A DNA stretch of 64,000 nucleotides from NCBI RefSeq assembly GCF_964204645.1, contig NC_134029.1, positions 5,952,001-6,016,000 of the forward strand, written 5' to 3'. Numbering within the stretch: position 1 is the first letter of the stretch; every line of letters starts with the position of its first letter. Both the position numbers and the translations under genes were made by a program. Under the pieces are notes generated by a model. The model searched no databases. It was given only the letters and a program-made list of their open reading frames with translations, and was not told the origin of the DNA. Shown here in pieces: positions 11,401 to 37,300 of the stretch. This DNA comes from Tubulanus polymorphus. Taxonomy: Eukaryota > Animalia > Nemertea.

Positions 11401-14400
11401 TTGTACAAATTCAATACAATTTTACTTTATTGCGAATAATGTGCAATGTCCCGTAGGATGAGAACTTCCAGAAAAAGATAACATGGCAAGAATGGTCTAC
11501 GGAATATTCTAGATTTGTTTTTAAAAAAACTACTCGACCGATAGTCGGCTGGAAGAATTTTATACTCTGTGCCGATTGGTTCATTTAGTACAGTGGGCGC
11601 GAGAACTCAGCTCTTAGGGTCGAACCCCGTTTTATACGTTTTAATTAGTAGAGAATGCAAAACGGTCTCTCTAAAATTATTGTGGATGTGGTTTTAAGTC
11701 TAAAACTGATAGAATTTCTAGTGGCATACCCTGGTGAATACAATAATTCAAGTGTCAGGTCAAACCCGGCCCAAAAATCGAACCCGAAAATCCAAATTCT
11801 GCAAACGCAAATGCCAATGCAAATTAATCGCTTTAAGTCAACGCAAATCAGCTAATTGAATCGCCGTGAAAATAATCTTACCTTGCTAGATTTGAGTTAT
11901 TCGAATAAAGAACTGAGAGCGAACCATATGAAAAGAGAAACGTGTGAATATTTCCAATACCGTGGTCACTAATCGCGAATGAGCATATCTTTTGCAACGG
12001 GACTCACAATTTCTATGGTTCGTCATGCAAGGCTGCAACACAATACAGTGGTACTGTAATTCCAAATCTCTGTTTAAGGATTGTGGTCAAACAGTACTTG
12101 CTACGTGACTGATTGCAATAAACATAGTTATCTATTATCTGTGTATAGTGATTGTATTACAGGTCGGCATAGCGGGTTGTACTTTTGTGAATCGACACAG
12201 TTAGTGTCTGTCTTTTGTTTATCTTAAGATTTCAATTGCTCCATATTATTGACCCGTATACCATCGACTGTGTCTGATTTAAATAAAAAGAGACACGGGG
12301 GACTTTAACATCGGACTGAAATTTCTACCGATCGAGAAAACCGTCGCGCGGTGCTACTTGAATATTGCGACTTTGACGATAGCGGATCATCCTTTCCTTG
12401 GACTTAACTTTGCAGCTCCTCAGCGGATTTTCAACTGTAAACCATTGATGAAACCCTATGTCCGTGTTTTACATTGAGAATTCCACACTAACGAGAAAGG
12501 CGTTGTTCGAAGAGTTTCCTTTGAGCTATAAATTTATTCGTTCGACGTTTCTTCAGCAATACCGTACTGTATAGTCATCTTCTGTATTCTTAAAGATGAC
12601 TATTTAGTTATAGTCGAAACGTCGAAGCAATTAGTCGAGTTATTGAAGGCTTGATGGAAATTTTTCGGACTTCACCTTTCTCTTATATTCAATGTGGGAT
12701 TCTCAATTCAATTTTCGACTTTGAAATTCAAGCCTTTCTCTTTCGAAGCTCTCTCTACAAGTTTCAACCTCCAATTAATTAAACCATGACTTCATTCTAT
12801 CCAATTTCGAGAAAATCAAAGACAAAACGCTATTTTCAACTGGATAAATCTATTTTCATATACGATCGATTTTACACGATACGCTCAATATATAACTAAT
12901 CAATAGATATATGTATATTTTAAAACATATCAATATGTACTATTTTTATACATTCAATTACAGTAAATTATAACATATTCGCCCCTGAATCCAGTTCCAC
13001 AGTGGGTGGCGAACAATCTTTGCAGATTAAACAACTTAGAAACGTACAGTACAGTGGTCGTACCCCTATTAGGCATATTTCCACAGTCTTGTTAGGCAAA
13101 CCGAATGATGATTAAATATTTCAAATGAAAATTTATATTTCCATCTAAAAGCGATAGATAGGATGCTTCTTTTTAAGACGATATTTGAATATATATCATG
13201 AACAAAATGCGAAAAAATATTCTATAAATCAAAGCTGTGAACTTAGAAATAGGATACGACCACGGTTTGAGATTAGTTGCCGCAACGACGGCAACTTAAG
13301 AACTGGCATTCATTCACATATAGTACGGTATGCCGGGTTATTTGATTCAACGAACTTAATACACGAAAAATAAGATGCGTCCAAAAATGAAAATATAATT
13401 CTCCATAAATATATCATAAAGATGTCGTAGTAATTTTTACAACCAATGAAGAAATGTGAAAATGAATATTTCTTTGCCGTCGGGCGTCCGTTTGAAAAAT
13501 AAACCGCGTGTTTACGCGTGGTATCGTTACTCGATAAGACGAAAAGATCGCGGAAAGAAAATCGTCAGAGATTCGTTATAGAGCAATAAAAAGATCGCCC
13601 TCGAAATGCGATTAGAAACACATAGGATGCATTAGAATAACAGTTTGAGAGACAGAAACTTTCGTAGAATTTCTATAGAAAGAAAAATATATATATATAG
13701 ATTCTATATGAGTTACGTAAATATAAAATATGCCCATGTGTGATCGAGCGAGTGGTCTCAATATACGTACACAGTCTCCTTTTGATAATGTATAATAATG
13801 ATTTATATTACAACATACTAAAAACATTAATCAAATACATTTATTACTAACGATTAGGTCGAGATCATATTCTACGTAATCATCGCCAACCGCTGAGAAT
13901 TTGTGCCGAATTGTTTACTTTTAAGAAGGAGTTGCCACATGAACAAACCACACAGCTATGTACTCAGTAAATACATTCGACATCCAAATAAAACGTGGTC
14001 CCCTAGAGTCACAGCGGTTGAATTATCTGAAATGCGAAAAATCAATTTCTGGACACTGTGTAGTATTAGTATATACATTTACACGACAGAAAATCTTCCG
14101 TTCACACAAAAACACCCAAAATACTGCTAAGGCAATAAATTTTGTCTCGACTAAAAACGGAAGATCAAATGATATATATCGTAATGTACATGTATATACG
14201 CTGTACTATGAACCGTCAAATTAATGAATACACAAAAATGAACACATCTTGAGTAAAAAATGGCGTTTAGATATTTGTTACATATATATACATCTTGGAG
14301 ATATAAAGTGTATCTTCGAAGGAAATATTCGATATCGGTGAAGTCAGATAAGTGGATGTGTATGAGTTTAAATTAGGTTGGCTCCAAAGCTAGGATGAGT

Positions 14401-15064
14401 CCAAAATCGAGTCCAAACGTTGGCGTTATGACTGCGGGCTGAATCAGTTCAGTCTATTATTTGAACCGTGGATTAGAACGATTCTCTTTTGGAGTCCATG
14501 TTGGAACTTGGTAACCAAGTGAGCCACAGGACTGGAAGGACTGGCCCCAGATTATTTCATAATAAATTGAGCAATTTTTGACTATAAGAATTGATTCGTT
14601 TCCACCGTTTTGCCTATCTCTCTAATAATTTGTTTTCGTACTAAAATCACAGTTAAGCTTCGACTGAAATGATACAATATTTTGAAAGCGCTCTGAAGAT
14701 AAATCATTTATAGCAGGTTGTGGAATACCGTTATTGTCAATGGTCCATCGATCACCTTTTGTAACTGCCACGGTTATCAACATTGCCGATCTTCCAATAA
14801 AGTTTTAATGCTTCCGAAAAAACCGTGCCACGGTATTCGGTAGCTTTTAAAACGTTTTTTTCTTTGTGTTTGTTCCATTCTAATTTGAATATTGACTATA
14901 CCAAGAAATGTGTACTCATATGTATGAATAATCGTTGTACACAAAAAAGAACTTAAAAATATCTTTTTTCGTTTCATAAGTTTAAAAAGAAAAATAATTT
15001 TGACATATATTTCGTCTCGAAATAGAAATACGCTGATTTATTAACATTATTACATTAAGGTATA

Positions 15065-15330
15065 AATCCGGGATTCGTGGTTCGAATCCGCGGTTGCAGC
15101 TTTAATTCTCGCCAAAGGAAACCTGAGTGGTGCTCAGTGAATCGAGAGTCAGAATAAACAGTGCGGGTTTGACAATACACCGTACCAGGCGTGTTAACAA
15201 GTTCAATGGGGGTAATTAGGTTTTTTACTGCTGTAGATGGGTGAAAGTGGTTTCATGTTGGTTTTGTGACAGAGCGGCGCACTTGAAATGTGTCAGTATT
15301 TATCCCGCACGGAAAGTGATGTTGAACAGT
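15065..15330 (+). mobile_element. Probable tRNA-derived SINE, 5'-truncated
   Basis: B-box GGTTCGAATCC at about 15079, followed by a relatively GC-rich body in AT-rich UTR-like sequence. No full tRNA cloverleaf can be formed. Confidence 0.4.
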
Positions 15331-16674
15331 TTTAATATTGCTTTATACGGTGTCCTAGCAACTGACATATTACAGAACTAGTGACCAACCTTTCTGTTGA
15401 TTGATTAACTATTGTGTTACCTATTCCAGAATTGATCAGTGATAAGTTTCCATGGGAACCAATGAACCTACTGTCTCTGGTTATGGTATTTGCAGAATAA
15501 CGAAAATGATATTCATACAGATCGATTAAAAAACCCATTGAAAGAATGATTGATTCCTTTCGATTATCGAGTAATTTGCTATACAGCAGATATCGGGTAA
15601 GGCATTACGAAGTAACTACTTGTAAGCCCTTCGTTCATTGCGAAGCATACAAATCACTGTCTATATCTTGTTAAAGAGGCAGCCGTACTGACGTCAGACG
15701 ACACTGCCTAAACCCTAGAGATCCGACTCCAAGAAGGAGAGACAAAAATATTGAACCATACCAGTGACCTTAGAATTATGCTCTAAAACAAAAACGAGAT
15801 TAAAAAATTTTTTTGAGAATTTTCACTCCAATATTACTGGTTTCAAGTAATTACCGATCTAATCATTTCAAATGAATTTCTTTTGTAGTTATTCAAATAC
15901 ATTTTTTGTACATAAATCATTGTCAGAGGTTACACATTTCAATCATGACGACACTACGGATACTAACGACAATATTATACTGGACACAATCATGTTGCAT
16001 ATCGTTAGTCAAGTGTCTGCTATACAATTTAAAGAGATAGCGATTGTTGAAAGATTCTATACTGTTAAAAGAACCAAGACTTCATTTTTCCTGGTTTCCA
16101 GCAGAATTTTGCATTATTCAAATACGGAATGATAAGAAATCACGAAGAATCGACCTCCCACTATAGTGTCGTGCAATTCAACTAGACCGGCTCGAATCAA
16201 AACCGAGTTTATTCCAGTCCACTGTGTGTTCCGAGTAAAGCAACATGTACTTCGTAAATCGCTCATGACATCAGCAAATACGAGCGATCGCCGCGCAAAC
16301 AGAATTCCATCCCCGCTCCAAAACTGTACGTTTAAATGTTAAACTCTCCCTGAGCGAGCCCGTCTATATAGTCATAAAATCTTCGTTCTCGAGAAACATG
16401 AGACTCATTTCGGTAACAACGATCATTTTCACTTCTCTTCGCTGTATATGAATTCTCCATTCATATTCGCCGGAAGTGCATAGAATCACCTAATAATTCT
16501 AGTTTATAACAATGGCGGTAATAAAATTTATTACCGCTGTCATTTATCAGTCGCTATCATGTTATCATTAGTATTATCATCATTGTAATTATCGTTGATA
16601 TCGTTTTTCACAGATCTGTACAAGAAGACATTGTCAGGTGTGGTACGCACGCGCATGCGCCGAAGTTCTCGGGA

Positions 16675-30004
<13,330 letters not shown>

Positions 30005-31367
30005 CACGCACTTTATTATTTTATTTAAAGCACCTGCAATTAGAATACAGTAGAACAGAGTAATAACCGTTTTAATTCAAACCATAGTGTTTTGGCCGCC
30101 TCGTCGACATGCAATTGCCTTGGTAGTGGCGTATGTGATACGCACACGCTATCAAGAATTTCCTGGGAAAGAAGTGACGAAACCTTTCTTATTTTTTTAG
30201 AATGCAATTACTGGTCGCTTCGGTGACGGTTTATTGCGACGCGAACGACATGAAGATCCGTCGAATAAAAGTCGTTGGCGCGATATGTTAAGAATATTCG
30301 ACATCATTTCATGACGAAAAGTGCTCTTTATTCGTCGGGTTACATATTACGCGCGGACACGTAAGAACCGTTCTTTCGTATGTAATTTCATCGCGAAAAA
30401 AATGTTTAGCAATTTCGTTGTTGACGCTTTTCACGGATATAAATCACCAGTCCAAACAACGAATGCTACTTATGCCATTAGGTGAGTCCGGCAGCTATGG
30501 GTATTTATTGTTTTGTAACATTAGCAACCGGCAAATATTTCCACGCAGGACAAGCGAAGCCAACGACTATTGATTCTAAAATAAATCGTTTATAACCTTC
30601 GTAATTGGAATGGAGGCAAATAATATTTCTATAACCGTATTGGCGTTACATTTTAGCGGTTCGCAGAAAAAATTCATAATGATGTTTTCGATTCATTTTG
30701 AATGTTCTTTTTTATATGTCGGTATTCGAAGATTTATACGCGTGGTCGGCGGTAGGGTGCGCTGTACCGATTCGATAAAAATGTATTAATTCTTGTTCCA
30801 TTCAACGAATGCACCACGCAATTGATTCTACGCTTTGAGGTGTTATATATCAAAGGTCGCCGTGTTCAGAGTTCTTCATCTGCATAAAATAAATATTGTG
30901 CCGGTCTATAATAAATTGCATCTACACAGCACGTTTCAATACTATTCCCACCCAATTCGCCAAGAAGCGAACATATATTTCATTTGCGCGTGTGCTGTAT
31001 TCTAACTGCACATGAGCTGGCAAACGAAAATAAATAAAGAAAGGATTTTCTAGCAATATTGCGAAAATCAACGTTTTTGCTGTGAAGATTTGTTTATGAT
31101 TTCGCTATTAAACTACGTAGATTGGAATGCGTGTTAGGATTTTCCTGAAACCGATACTTTAGAAGGGTATCAGTTTTATCAAAAAGATCGGAATATGTAG
31201 AATTTAACACAGGGCCGTTTTTTATCATTTCGTATGTGATTGTGGTAGTCTAAAACACATTGGTCACGTTGGTGACGAACTCTTCAGGTTAACTTAGACA
31301 CCTAGGATCGTTTTTGGACCAGTTTTATTTTACCTTCATTTTACCCTTGGGTTATATAACTGGACGC

Positions 31368-31467
31368 AGTTCCACAGTTGTAAGCTAGAGTTAACTCTGA
31401 GTTAAAGTGAGCTCATTGTCGATGAGTTAACTCAGAGTTAATTCTTAACTCGGAACTGTGGAACTGG
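31368..31467. mobile_element. Short palindromic MITE (CAGTTCCACAGTT ends, internal GAGTTAACTC repeats)
   Basis: CAGTTCCACAGTT...AACTGTGGAACTG. Related ends occur at about 12992, 42777-42814 and 44590, and a similar hairpin element at about 41618-41743. Confidence 0.7.
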
Positions 31468-32602
31468 ATCCTGTTGACTAATATCTATTAGTATTAACCA
31501 TGACGGCTGGTCTTAAAAATAAGTATAAGAAATTAAATAAAGTAAGTCAATAATGATAGAATAAGTCAATAAGAATATCATTACAAAATAGGGGAACTAT
31601 TTGTTTATAGAAATAAATACTTCACGTGATAGGGAAAGTGGTCTCAATAACGTGGATACGATAGCCTAGGCCTACCAATGGGTGTTGTCGTGGCAACATA
31701 ATCGTTGCTTTTAGCATTATTTCGGAGCCAATCATTTGAACGTGGGAAATATAAGCTACTGCGATACACATGGTATGAATATATGAATATGATTCAAACC
31801 ACTGAAAACAAATATTGTTTGACATTTTCAAACGAAACTTTATAAATAGAAAATTAATGCAATGTTTCTCTTTGTTGGACACGGCTGTATGTAATTAGGC
31901 ATGCAAATACTAAGGACATTACATTTAATCCGGGTTCATACATGTCACGGATGGTTCGTTATACGTTTATTGCTAGGTAGTACTGATGATGAATTTTTCA
32001 TGTATTCGATGATATTTTGTGGGGCTTAAAATACTTCAGAACCTTGTATCAAATTACTCATCTTTACAAAGCAAATAATTTTGATAAGCAGTATTTAAGT
32101 AGTGACGTGCTCAGTTGCATTACGAGTCAATACTCTAGGTTGAAGATGAATTTGCTTGATGGAACTGAACGACCGTCTATCAGTATTCATTGCACTCGAC
32201 CTGGAGACCAAAAGTGCCAGGGATTATTCCACGTTGAATATCAACCGGCTATAGGCCTAGAGCCTAAATCTGCAATTGATGTTATTTCCGACAAATTTGA
32301 GCCGACGTTGGAAAACAATGATAATTTTGTGAAAGATGACAATTCAAATTTGCTTCTAACATTTAGTGATAATCGTTTAGAAACTCGACTTAAGTCGATG
32401 GTAAATGGCCATGTTTCAATGGTCAAGTGGATAAGCGGAATCACATTCTTAAACAATGTATAATTTACAACCCTATGATTCAAGTTAAATCCGATGAATC
32501 CGATACGTAGCCTATATCTATATCTAATCAATTAAAAATTGGAAAATATCTAGGCCTTTCACTTATGCAATGAACTTGTTTTCAAATATGAATATAACTT
32601 AC

Positions 32603-34358
32603 CAGAATGACGGGCTTTAGCAACAAGTTGAAACCGCCCATATGAATAAATGGAATGTTACAATACAAAAGCCGGTTACATCCTCTTGTCTCATTCATGA
32701 AAGGTGGTACTGTGATTATTATTCTGACATCGCTTTCGAGAGAGCTCGAGTTACTAGCGCATCATCGACGCGGCAGTGTTAATTCAGCATAGCTTTCACC
32801 CGATGTGATATGTTGGGTTGATGGTTGTCAGAGAATTCTCTCCCTCATCGATAATAAATCTATAGAGAGAACGGTACAGGTAACCACAGGCAATAATACA
32901 GTTCGTTTCGAATGCGACATCAGCTAGCAACGAATGGATGGCGCGTTTGCAGACTGCTGCAAATCAATTTGTTGTCATCCGATTATAATGTTACTTACAT
33001 AATACCAGCAACTTTATACATATACACGCATATATCTATACCTATTGATGATCGCTTCGTCCCGGTCCATCAGCATAATGATAATAATAATAATCGTTCG
33101 TCTGCATTAATTTATATATGCATATATATGTATTTACATTAGAAACCTCCGCGCTCTATAGGCCTATTGACAAGTTAGTTGATATCACCTTACCCGCTTG
33201 AGGACATACAATATCGCCAGGATATTCCGTTTTTGCCTTATCTAAGTATTGATATCCGTTGCCTTCATTCTTAATAGCCATTAAGGTGACCGCTCGATCG
33301 TTGTGTGTCTCAAAGTTTACGTATAATTAAATACGGTAAACAAACCAAACCCGTGATATATGCATTTCTAAATATGATCTTTCAAATCTTGGTCTAGGCC
33401 TATTTCATTCTAAGTGTCCATGCGATTCGAATGAAATAGGTGTCTGCTTATTATACTTCATTGTTACAAAATTATTTGTGGGAGGACCCCCAAACTCCAA
33501 CTAGGGGGGGGGGGGGGGGCTCTCCGTGCCATTTGGCAACTGCACAATGTTGCAGCCTCGTGCCCTCGCTTTAACCCCTGGTCAACAGCTAAATGGTAAT
33601 GTTTTGTTGTATGCTCACAAATCTTAAAAATCTGAGTGAGCTGAACATATGATTTCAATTTAGTCTCGAGGTGCTTGCGAGATTTTAAACAGGCGTTTCT
33701 CGTGATTGAAACCCAGGCTGACAATCGGATTTTCCCGGAACGCTGGCACCGGGGTCGATTTGGCGGGGCGGCACACATCAAAGATGAGCACATTTCGCCG
33801 AAACAATGACCGAAACCCGGAGACGTTCGTTGGTACTTCCCGGGATTCATTTGCTATTTCGTGTTTTTATAATTTTGACTGCCCTGGTGCCTAGTCTAAA
33901 TAAGTACCGAACGATGCGACCTCAGTTAATACCGTAACACTATAGATGCCAAGCAGCCTAATTAGTATTACATGTATCGACTTGGTATATTGTTAGCTTT
34001 ATATACCACCGGGCGCGAAAAACTACTGCAATGTCAACTCCCCGCCGCCTCGTCGGCCTTTGGACTGATCTTGCATACGAATAGTCCACGATACGCGGTG
34101 TAGCGTTCGTCGGAACGCTCCGTATTTCGCAAACGTGTCTGCGCATCCTTCAGTGAACACTGCTCTAAACGGCATCGCATCCACACTCGCCATTACAGCT
34201 CATTCTGAAGACGTTCTCAGAAACCCATCACAAAAAACCAGAAAATTGCACAATAAAACTACCAATAACCAACAGTTTTAAAAACGGTTACGGCTAGATA
34301 AAGGTTTCGATGTAGATTGACATGTTTAAATCGTAAAAGTTATCAGTCTGTACGCATC
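32603..34358. promoter_or_regulatory. Head-to-head promoter region of the NCKX and proteolipid genes
   Basis: The NCKX ATG exon has an acceptor at 30034, so it needs an upstream exon. Strong minus-strand donors occur at 32602 (CTG|GTAAGT) and 33193 (CGG|GTAAGG). The plus-strand proteolipid ATG is at 34359, with a CpG-rich stretch at about 33690-34220. Confidence 0.45.
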
Positions 34359-37300
34359 ATGGCCGGGGGTGAGTGTTACTGATTGATTAAAGATTCTTGT
34401 TTTCTCTTTCTCATTTTTTCGGAAGAAAAGAATAGAGCCCCGCCCAACAATTATCCAGCGCATGTCTGGCTTTATAGTACCTTTTATTGCGAGATTTTGT
34501 GGCTGAATTAGGCTTGCCTTAAGGTTTGACAGGTTCACACAGCAAAAGGGGTTAAGCCGCATAGCTGTCGTTGTAGTGGATGGATGGCCCCGTCGTTCTC
34601 TTAAGTTTTTGCCCGCATGGATTATTAGATAATCCCATTAGCCTAACTGCATTCCAGCAGGTTATACCCAATTTTTTAAAAAATTATACTAATACCATTC
34701 TATACCTACACCTTTTTTGCTTCCTTGCTTAATGGAAGTGTTTGTTTGTATTTATTTCAGGTTGTTTAGAATGTATGGGGCGTATTCCTTACGCATCGTT
34801 GATTGCGACAGTTTTATGTTGCGTCGGCGCCGGTGTTATTGGTGGAACGCTCTACGAGGCTCTACGTTTGACCGATGACAGTATTTTCATGGAACTCTTT
34901 GAAATCAACATCGAATGGTCAGTATTTTCCGTCTCCTACGCAGGGTGGCCACTGACCTGGAAAACCTGGAACAAAATTCTTGATGTTTGTCTTTTTTTCT
35001 ATAGGATGAATATGTTGAGAATCATAATTATTATAGTCGCGTCAGTTATGGGTGGAATAGCTATCATTCTGCTGATTTTTGGATTCCTATCGACGGGAGC
35101 CACGCGAAAAAACGTCTATTCAGGAAACAAATGTATTATGGGCGGTCGGATATCTGCCGGATTTGTAAGTTATCATACAGTAATAAACAAACCCACTTAA
35201 TCCCGATCATTTCGAGATCGATGATTTAAATCCGGATCTTCTCTTGAGCTGGATCGTCGCGTATCGTATATAATTTTCATTCATTTTAGTTCATGGTACT
35301 TACGTACATCTTCAACCTCGGTTGGGTCGTAGCTACGAGTATCATGGTCATTCCGGTGATGGCGTTCTTCATGTTGAGGTCGATTTGCTACGAAGAAGTG
35401 AACAACTATTTGAAGTTGTACGGGCATACGGATTTTATCCCGCGAAATGATTACTGCTTCAAGCTGGCTCAGTTTGGTATGTGTACACGTGTATAGTTTG
35501 CTTTAACAGGTCAGGGCTGTATCATCATTAGACGTTTTTGAATCATTGGTTATTGATGATGATTGATAATTTACATTTATATAGCGCATGTATCCTAACC
35601 TGAGTGAATTCAGTTGCGCTCCAACTTGGTATCATATTACCCCCAACCTATAGCTCTTATTTCATGTATCAGTCATCTCTCCCTGCGGAGAAGTAACATC
35701 TGAGCTGCTACTAAGCGCTTAGGAGTCATCTATCAGGCCAGGTACCCATTTACTCCTGGGTGGAGAGAGGCAATGAGGATAAGTGTCTTGCCTGAGGACA
35801 CTGCTGAAATGTACGGGATTGATTCGAACCCATGACCTGACTTCGTTCGACCCACAGTTAAAGCATTTTTAAGAAATAAATCATTATTATTATTTTCGTT
35901 GTTATCCATTCATCGACTGTAGACTTGCTGTTACGTGAATTTGTTCCGAATTTCCCATCTCTAGGTATCTACAGAAATGTGACAATTGAAGGTGGCAGAA
36001 ATCAAGCGTGCAATGAAGAACTGAAGAGATTATGTGAAGTGGTAAGTTCAGACCAGCCTCGCTCGCCTAACAGTTTAAAATGTAACCTAAAGGTTAACTT
36101 GATTGATATTGTTGTATGAATATCTAAGACTGGGGTAATACAGTATGACCCATGTCTTAGATTTAAAATTGGTTCATACTGAAATAAACCCTTCATGTGT
36201 ATAAGTACATCTTACAACCTTTTCTGTCACTGAATGCTTAGAGCGAGGTCCACAGCCATTCTCCAAACTTCTGAAAAAATTTAGTTATGCCCTGTGCCTT
36301 GAATGTTACTTCTACTATCAAAAAGTGCTCAAAAGCGCATCCTATCTGAAACTTTAGTGTTCATTCGTATTGTATGTCTTGTATACACTTCATAGGCAGC
36401 GACTGGTCTCGATTCATTTTGTTTTAGACCATTCTTGAATTATAAGGCCTTTCAGGGTTAAAATCGCTGACCCTTCATTACAAGATGTGTAGATGACTGA
36501 TGCGAATGTATTTTGATTCTGTTTAGGTCGATGAAGCCGGGCCTCTATACATCGTGGCCTACTGCGGCGGGGTAGTTCTCATTCTCGGTTTGGTGAGTAT
36601 CATTTCTACCTGTTTAACTCACTAATTAAAACGATTATGAATTATTTACCGGTAATCATGAAACTGGTGGCAGTGGCTGCGGTTGCATGAAAACTTCATT
36701 TTGTGAAAATCTGATGTGAAAGATACGTATCATCGACAGTTTCAACATCATTCTGTGCACTAATGAAGTATGAAGACCTAAGTCAGACTTAAGCCTTCAT
36801 AGTACAGTAGACTCCGCTTACCTCGGAATTCTTGGGACTGGAAAATTTTTTCTGAGGTATGCGATTTCCGAGGTATATAAGGTCCGCAAATTTTGTCATA
36901 GAAAAAATTGTTGCTGACACGTGGGCTCAAATTATCCTTCTTATACTAATCTATGTTGAATAAACATTGTATATGTACCATATCTGACAGGTTTTTATTG
37001 TAATTTCAATCAAAACCTCATATCCCCCGGGAGATTTGACTTGTCATCTTTAATATAAAAACATCGTACTGTAGTACACCAAGTAAAGCCTCCTTCCCAG
37101 TTGAGAGAATTTAAAAACACGTGGGTTTGATGTGCAGTGACAAGTCTATAGCTCCGCCTACATCCATTCAATTGACTATTCGTATTAAAGACAGCCGAGA
37201 ACTAGCGCGACTGGCACGCTTCCGAGGTACACGATTTTAGGACTCAATTTATAAAAAAATCATTCTGAGGTATGCGATATTCCGACGTATGCAACTCCGA

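Noticed and set aside
32017-32463. 148-aa plus-strand ORF
   Set aside because: It has a non-ATG start and no recognisable motif, and it lies antisense within the probable first NCKX intron.
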